Positions 61,401-64,000 of a stretch of 64,000 nt of DNA are shown here, in pieces. The DNA is taken from assembly GCA_026387265.1 (NCBI GenBank), contig JAPLLZ010000020.1:5413-69412 (forward strand). Direction: 5' to 3'. Origin of the DNA: Candidatus Omnitrophota bacterium. Lineage in GTDB: Bacteria > Omnitrophota > Gorgyraeia > Gygaellales > Profunditerraquicolaceae. Below the pieces are notes generated by a model. The model saw only the letters and a list, made by a program, of their open reading frames with translations. It ran no database searches and was not told the origin of the DNA. Position numbers and translations under genes: made by a program. Every line of letters begins with the position of its first letter. Position 1 is the stretch's first letter.

Positions 61401-64000
61401 CGCTAATGGCGGAGTAAGCGGTAATGTAGGCGCTAGCTTCTTATCTACGGAACAAAACATCGATGCTTATGTGTTTTTCAACATGTTAAACAATAAGACT
61501 GATAAGCAAGAATATAAGAAGATAAGCGATAATATCGCCGGCTGGATTAAAACTATGTATAATTCTGAGACCGGAATATTTAACCGCGGGCAGACGATCG
61601 GGGCCGATGGAAATGGTTCTTCTGATACCACTTTTGCTACCGATGTCCAGAGCATGGCAGTGATGGCTTTCGGCAGAACCGGGTTGCAGGAAATGGGAGT
61701 AAACATAGATAATCTTTTATCGGCAACAGAAAAGAATGCAAAGGTTACCGTAGATTATGTGCTGCCGGATGGAGCTAAAGTTTCTGTCACTGGATTTGAT
61801 TTTGATAGCAGTAAAGACATGGTTTCTCCGGAGTGGACTGCGCAGATGATTGTTGCTTATGAGATTGCAGGCGAAGAAGAGAACGAAAAACAAGCTGTTT
61901 ATTACCGCGCTGAAATGGAAAAAATGGTTTATAAGGGCACTTTACCTTATGCTACCGAAGAGGGCGCAGTTACTGGCCATGGTTGGTATACTCCTTATGG
62001 AAAGATTTCTTTAGCTGGTACCGCATATCTTCCTTTTGCTAATTGCTGGGATAATCCGTTTACTGTAAATATAGAAGGAGTTAAAGGTTATGGTTTAGAG
62101 GGTATTTTAGCAGAACAGTCTAGATTATTGCTACAAGACTATCCAGTTGTAGTTAAAGGTTTACAATCTACTAATGCACAGGATGATTTAAATGGTGCTC
62201 AAGACACCCTAAAAGTTATTGAGGATGCCATTAAATCTGCCGAAGCTAATCTGGAAGCACTCAAGGAAGTTTCTAAAGACTCAGATGCATATTTCGCAAA
62301 ATTAAGCAAGATAGTAAATATAACCTTTAAACAGCTTTTAGCGCCTGATAATAGCTCAAGGCCGCAAGGGGTAGGTAAATATATAGGCGCAAGAGTTACT
62401 TCGCCTAAGGGGACTGGTGATTGGGTTTGGGCGCAGCATTGGGTGTATTATAAAGCCTGGACTTATTATGGTTCTACTGATCCGACTGGCCCTGCGCCGA
62501 CTAGCACTCCTACGATTGGCGCCAGAATTCCTGCTGATGACGGAGATTGGGTAGGGACTGAACAATTAGTGCATTATGATGCTTGGGATTATTATGGCCC
62601 TACTGATCCGACTGGCCCTGCGCCGTCAGCTGATCCTGTTGATGGGGCAGTGGTTGATGCTGATGGCGGGCGCTGGGTGGGTAATGGTACGGAATGGATA
62701 TGGCAGCGTGATGAAGAGCATCATCCGGCTACAGACATTATGGAGGTTCAGTGGAAATGGGAGGGTTGGGTACAAGAACATCCAGCTACCAAGGTTCTTG
62801 AGCCATATTGGCAGTGGCAGGCTTATGTTAGGGATCCGAGCAATGGTACTGATAGCAGATGGCTAAAGATTTCTAAAATACCAGCCAAGGCAGAAGAATA
62901 TGGTGAATTTGATGAGGTAAAGTTTTATGCTCTTGAGTCAGTGAATGGTACAGTTTACTTTAAGGATAATGGTTCTTCTAAGTATGTTTGGCAGATAGGT
63001 AAAAATGAATTTACAAGTTATAAAGCGGTCATTAATTCTAATGATGCCGGCGCCTGGCTTCCTTTAATAGATGGTATGGAAAAACCGCTGGGTGCAGTTT
63101 CTATAGGTGTGGATGAAACGGCTGCTTATTATCTTTTTACAGATAAAGAAGGGAATAGCACATATTATAAAAAGGTTGACGAACAGACTTTTTATTGGCA
63201 GACAAGTTTAAAAGCGGCTAAGGCCTACAAAGAAGCATTGTCATCTGAGAATGGCGCTTGGTTATCTTGGATTCCAGGTGTTCCTGTTCCTAATGAGGGT
63301 GTAATTACACGTTATGCAACAGAGAATGATAAGCAGGTTCTTTATTACTGGCAGTCAAGCGTTCAAGCAACGAACAAATATGTAGAAGCGCTTAGAAACT
63401 ATGGTTTTTGGTCACCAGCCACTTCAGAAATAAATACATCTGAAGATGTAGTTACCTGGACGCCAGAAGAGATTAAGGCGAATGGCTATATCGTAAAGAT
63501 TGATGATTCTAATTCTCAACATGGCTGGCTTACTATAGGTGGACAGACGATTGAAGTGATCTTTACTTCTGGGTACAAGGGTGGACAGGAATATATTAAT
63601 GCTTTAAAAGGTGTTTATGAAGAAGGCGTTAGCAATAGTTTCGGTGGCTATATCGAATTTGGTGCTAATGGACAGAGAACTTGGATTAACAGTGTTGCTG
63701 CCAGCCGCGTAAATACTTATACATCAAAAACCACAAATATAGATCCTTCAACTGGGGCAGTTAATAAGGAAGTGCGTTATTTTGTTCCGGTTGTTACTCC
63801 TCAGGGTACAGTTTTTGTACCTCAATCGCTTAAGTCAGAAGTTAACACCTATATAGGTGGTCTGATACGCAAGCAAGAGGGTACTGGAACGGTTACTGAA
63901 TATACTTATGATGGTACTTTTGATACTTATGGTGTTGCCCATACAACTACCACTAAAGTAATTGAAACTGGAAGAATTATATCTAAAAGTGTTGTTACCT
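58459..64000 (+). CDS. Giant protein 3, 3'-partial (more than 1847 aa). Its N-terminus is a cellulose-synthase-like processive GT2 with C-terminal TM helices, followed by a long extracytoplasmic region.
   Basis: Its ATG overlaps the ORF2 stop as TGATG. No stop is found by manual translation in frame 1 to position 64000, so it is absent from the supplied ORF track. Motifs are KKGSNLNYTL, DKDS, GHNAYIRKALL, VSEDL and KQMTKY. TM helices lie around aa 300-480. W/Y-rich tandem motifs occur later. Confidence 0.65.
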   Translation, partial: MYFTANENVDSFMAKALSLPEETRTPEQKEVLARVAFYRANNITFVARPRPVKDNLATMRAGTFKKGSNLNYTLKLAERISEIMIDRGISLEEAQTIAIQEKEEYRLGCIEGNLWIGDVKLLLDKDSIIPTGISRLTIAEFDNDEKLAYIQCASVPNNENENYFTKIIGYATRIYYDFAFSHSALTGSVIPLVGHNAYIRKALLSQIGWWPENRVSEDLSAEFDFNIRGFHGKYADISGMRFEEAISNNIITEAKQMTKYVFGAAELIFNQPKDWKKEGIFTKQLSNILGSKEISVWKKIDLMIYIVNLFCSAMLLPPLLLSPLFPISIYGLVGPVLAYLFSGTLVAVLGYMRKNAVGFEKGKYGSFKQILSRHMKYMLPFGSMVVCFSIFSIKGLWAYFTGKKLEIGSSDTGKQLDKEITFSKALKNMASIIKEQAVLVGVYLVMLILSGRFAQPYLGIDVMGCSYWLFLGEVILLGIFNPSLIYGFKNSVIKPFSANLIIAEAHNLQPIGQIIGALRHPSVAGSFLKMFRLSYRIACFKLAEENGIRGSPKASIRALSYVLANSETGRKVSAEYISSKLSAKDAAFLNAQLDLHEAGKTERAGFKAQVKSFKNKKQSSVTQQLSQEEIITQVEDVMAKLQEAVAVKDSTKAFIAMDDLGRIVPLINGETERTKYIYQIAEVLDLQIDNNEDTLRILYKAIATVGELTLTIKDITKRQIPVHKIRSLRASSNEEIAQQARFILKEVVKPAIAKNRKSTTNKVSLTPAPAKEDSKQNKSKGSLSVFLQRATKGILTGLIIAIIFLGGIFQAGCSYKPASIPTSTTSSEQAAENTIDSKDVLDLSAILEKAGVEIVDNYMDGTLVQNTKTGLLASHSGNSTTADWGMTYDQALAVIDFAKSGKTEEAKRILDFYNTQYVQKGFFGFANAYDVTDGHITENVQQVGPNAWLGIAILQYAEATGDDSYIELAESIAGWIANLQTANGGVSGNVGASFLSTEQNIDAYVFFNMLNNKTDKQEYKKISDNIAGWIKTMYNSETGIFNRGQTIGADGNGSSDTTFATDVQSMAVMAFGRTGLQEMGVNIDNLLSATEKNAKVTVDYVLPDGAKVSVTGFDFDSSKDMVSPEWTAQMIVAYEIAGEEENEKQAVYYRAEMEKMVYKGTLPYATEEGAVTGHGWYTPYGKISLAGTAYLPFANCWDNPFTVNIEGVKGYGLEGILAEQSRLLLQDYPVVVKGLQSTNAQDDLNGAQDTLKVIEDAIKSAEANLEALKEVSKDSDAYFAKLSKIVNITFKQLLAPDNSSRPQGVGKYIGARVTSPKGTGDWVWAQHWVYYKAWTYYGSTDPTGPAPTSTPTIGARIPADDGDWVGTEQLVHYDAWDYYGPTDPTGPAPSADPVDGAVVDADGGRWVGNGTEWIWQRDEEHHPATDIMEVQWKWEGWVQEHPATKVLEPYWQWQAYVRDPSNGTDSRWLKISKIPAKAEEYGEFDEVKFYALESVNGTVYFKDNGSSKYVWQIGKNEFTSYKAVINSNDAGAWLPLIDGMEKPLGAVSIGVDETAAYYLFTDKEGNSTYYKKVDEQTFYWQTSLKAAKAYKEALSSENGAWLSWIPGVPVPNEGVITRYATENDKQVLYYWQSSVQATNKYVEALRNYGFWSPATSEINTSEDVVTWTPEEIKANGYIVKIDDSNSQHGWLTIGGQTIEVIFTSGYKGGQEYINALKGVYEEGVSNSFGGYIEFGANGQRTWINSVAASRVNTYTSKTTNIDPSTGAVNKEVRYFVPVVTPQGTVFVPQSLKSEVNTYIGGLIRKQEGTGTVTEYTYDGTFDTYGVAHTTTTKVIETGRIISKSVVT

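Overview
The window is low-GC bacterial DNA, almost entirely coding on the + strand. It falls into four blocks.

Block 1 (1-15.97 kb) is a cell-envelope glycoconjugate biosynthesis cluster. It holds two B12-binding radical SAM enzymes and a polytopic GT-C-like membrane protein with a C-terminal CBM-like domain. It also holds a sugar-1-P nucleotidyltransferase fused to a GT2, several GT2, GT4 and GT9 transferases, a WecA/MraY-type initiating transferase, two SAM methyltransferases and a YdjC-family deacetylase.

Block 2 (16.0-22.6 kb) starts with tRNA-Leu(GAG). A convergent minus-strand operon follows, encoding a FIST protein, a GAF histidine kinase and a REC-GGDEF regulator whose GGDEF motif is degenerate (GGDDF). 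An intact tRNA-Glu(CUC) sits among partial copies of its own 5' and 3' ends, and direct repeats of its 3' end bracket a ~670 bp islet. A CPBP-family membrane protease with a large N-terminal domain closes the block.

Block 3 (23.0-39.5 kb) is a Tad/Flp tight-adherence pilus locus. It encodes a PPIase lipoprotein, CpaB, a secretin with a C-terminal TonB_C-like domain, a fused CpaE-CpaF ATPase and a DUF192 protein. Next comes a 756-aa protein with an HTH-like N-terminus, a KE-rich tandem-repeat coiled coil and an unknown C-terminal domain. The locus has at least nine Flp-type pilin paralogs carrying the G/xxxxEY(F) motif, TadE/TadG-like pseudopilins, and TadB and TadC.

Block 4 (39.5-64.0 kb) opens with a four-helix-bundle gene bracketed by inverted CTAAAC/GTTTAG repeats and preceded by three tandem hairpin units. 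A consensus sigma70-like promoter (TTGACA-17-TATATT) with a ~265 nt structured leader then drives three translationally coupled giant ORFs of 3935 aa, 1830 aa and more than 1847 aa. The third begins at 58459, has no stop inside the window, and is therefore absent from the supplied ORF track.

The giant ORFs contain the following:
- a C39-like Cys/His peptidase-like segment,
- an EF-hand-like loop,
- a ~1.7 kb array of glycine-zipper transmembrane segments,
- P-loop and SF2-like NTPase motifs,
- several internal repeats,
- an internal lipoprotein-signal-like segment followed by an HExxH motif,
- an alternate-frame 91-aa ORF with a consensus RBS and atypical codon usage,
- a cellulose-synthase-like GT2 unit split across the ORF2/ORF3 frame change and bracketed by ~350 bp direct repeats.

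All domain calls come from motif recognition by eye, with no searches run. The combination of tad pili and giant genes resembles what has been reported for Omnitrophota-like uncultivated lineages, but that is inference only.
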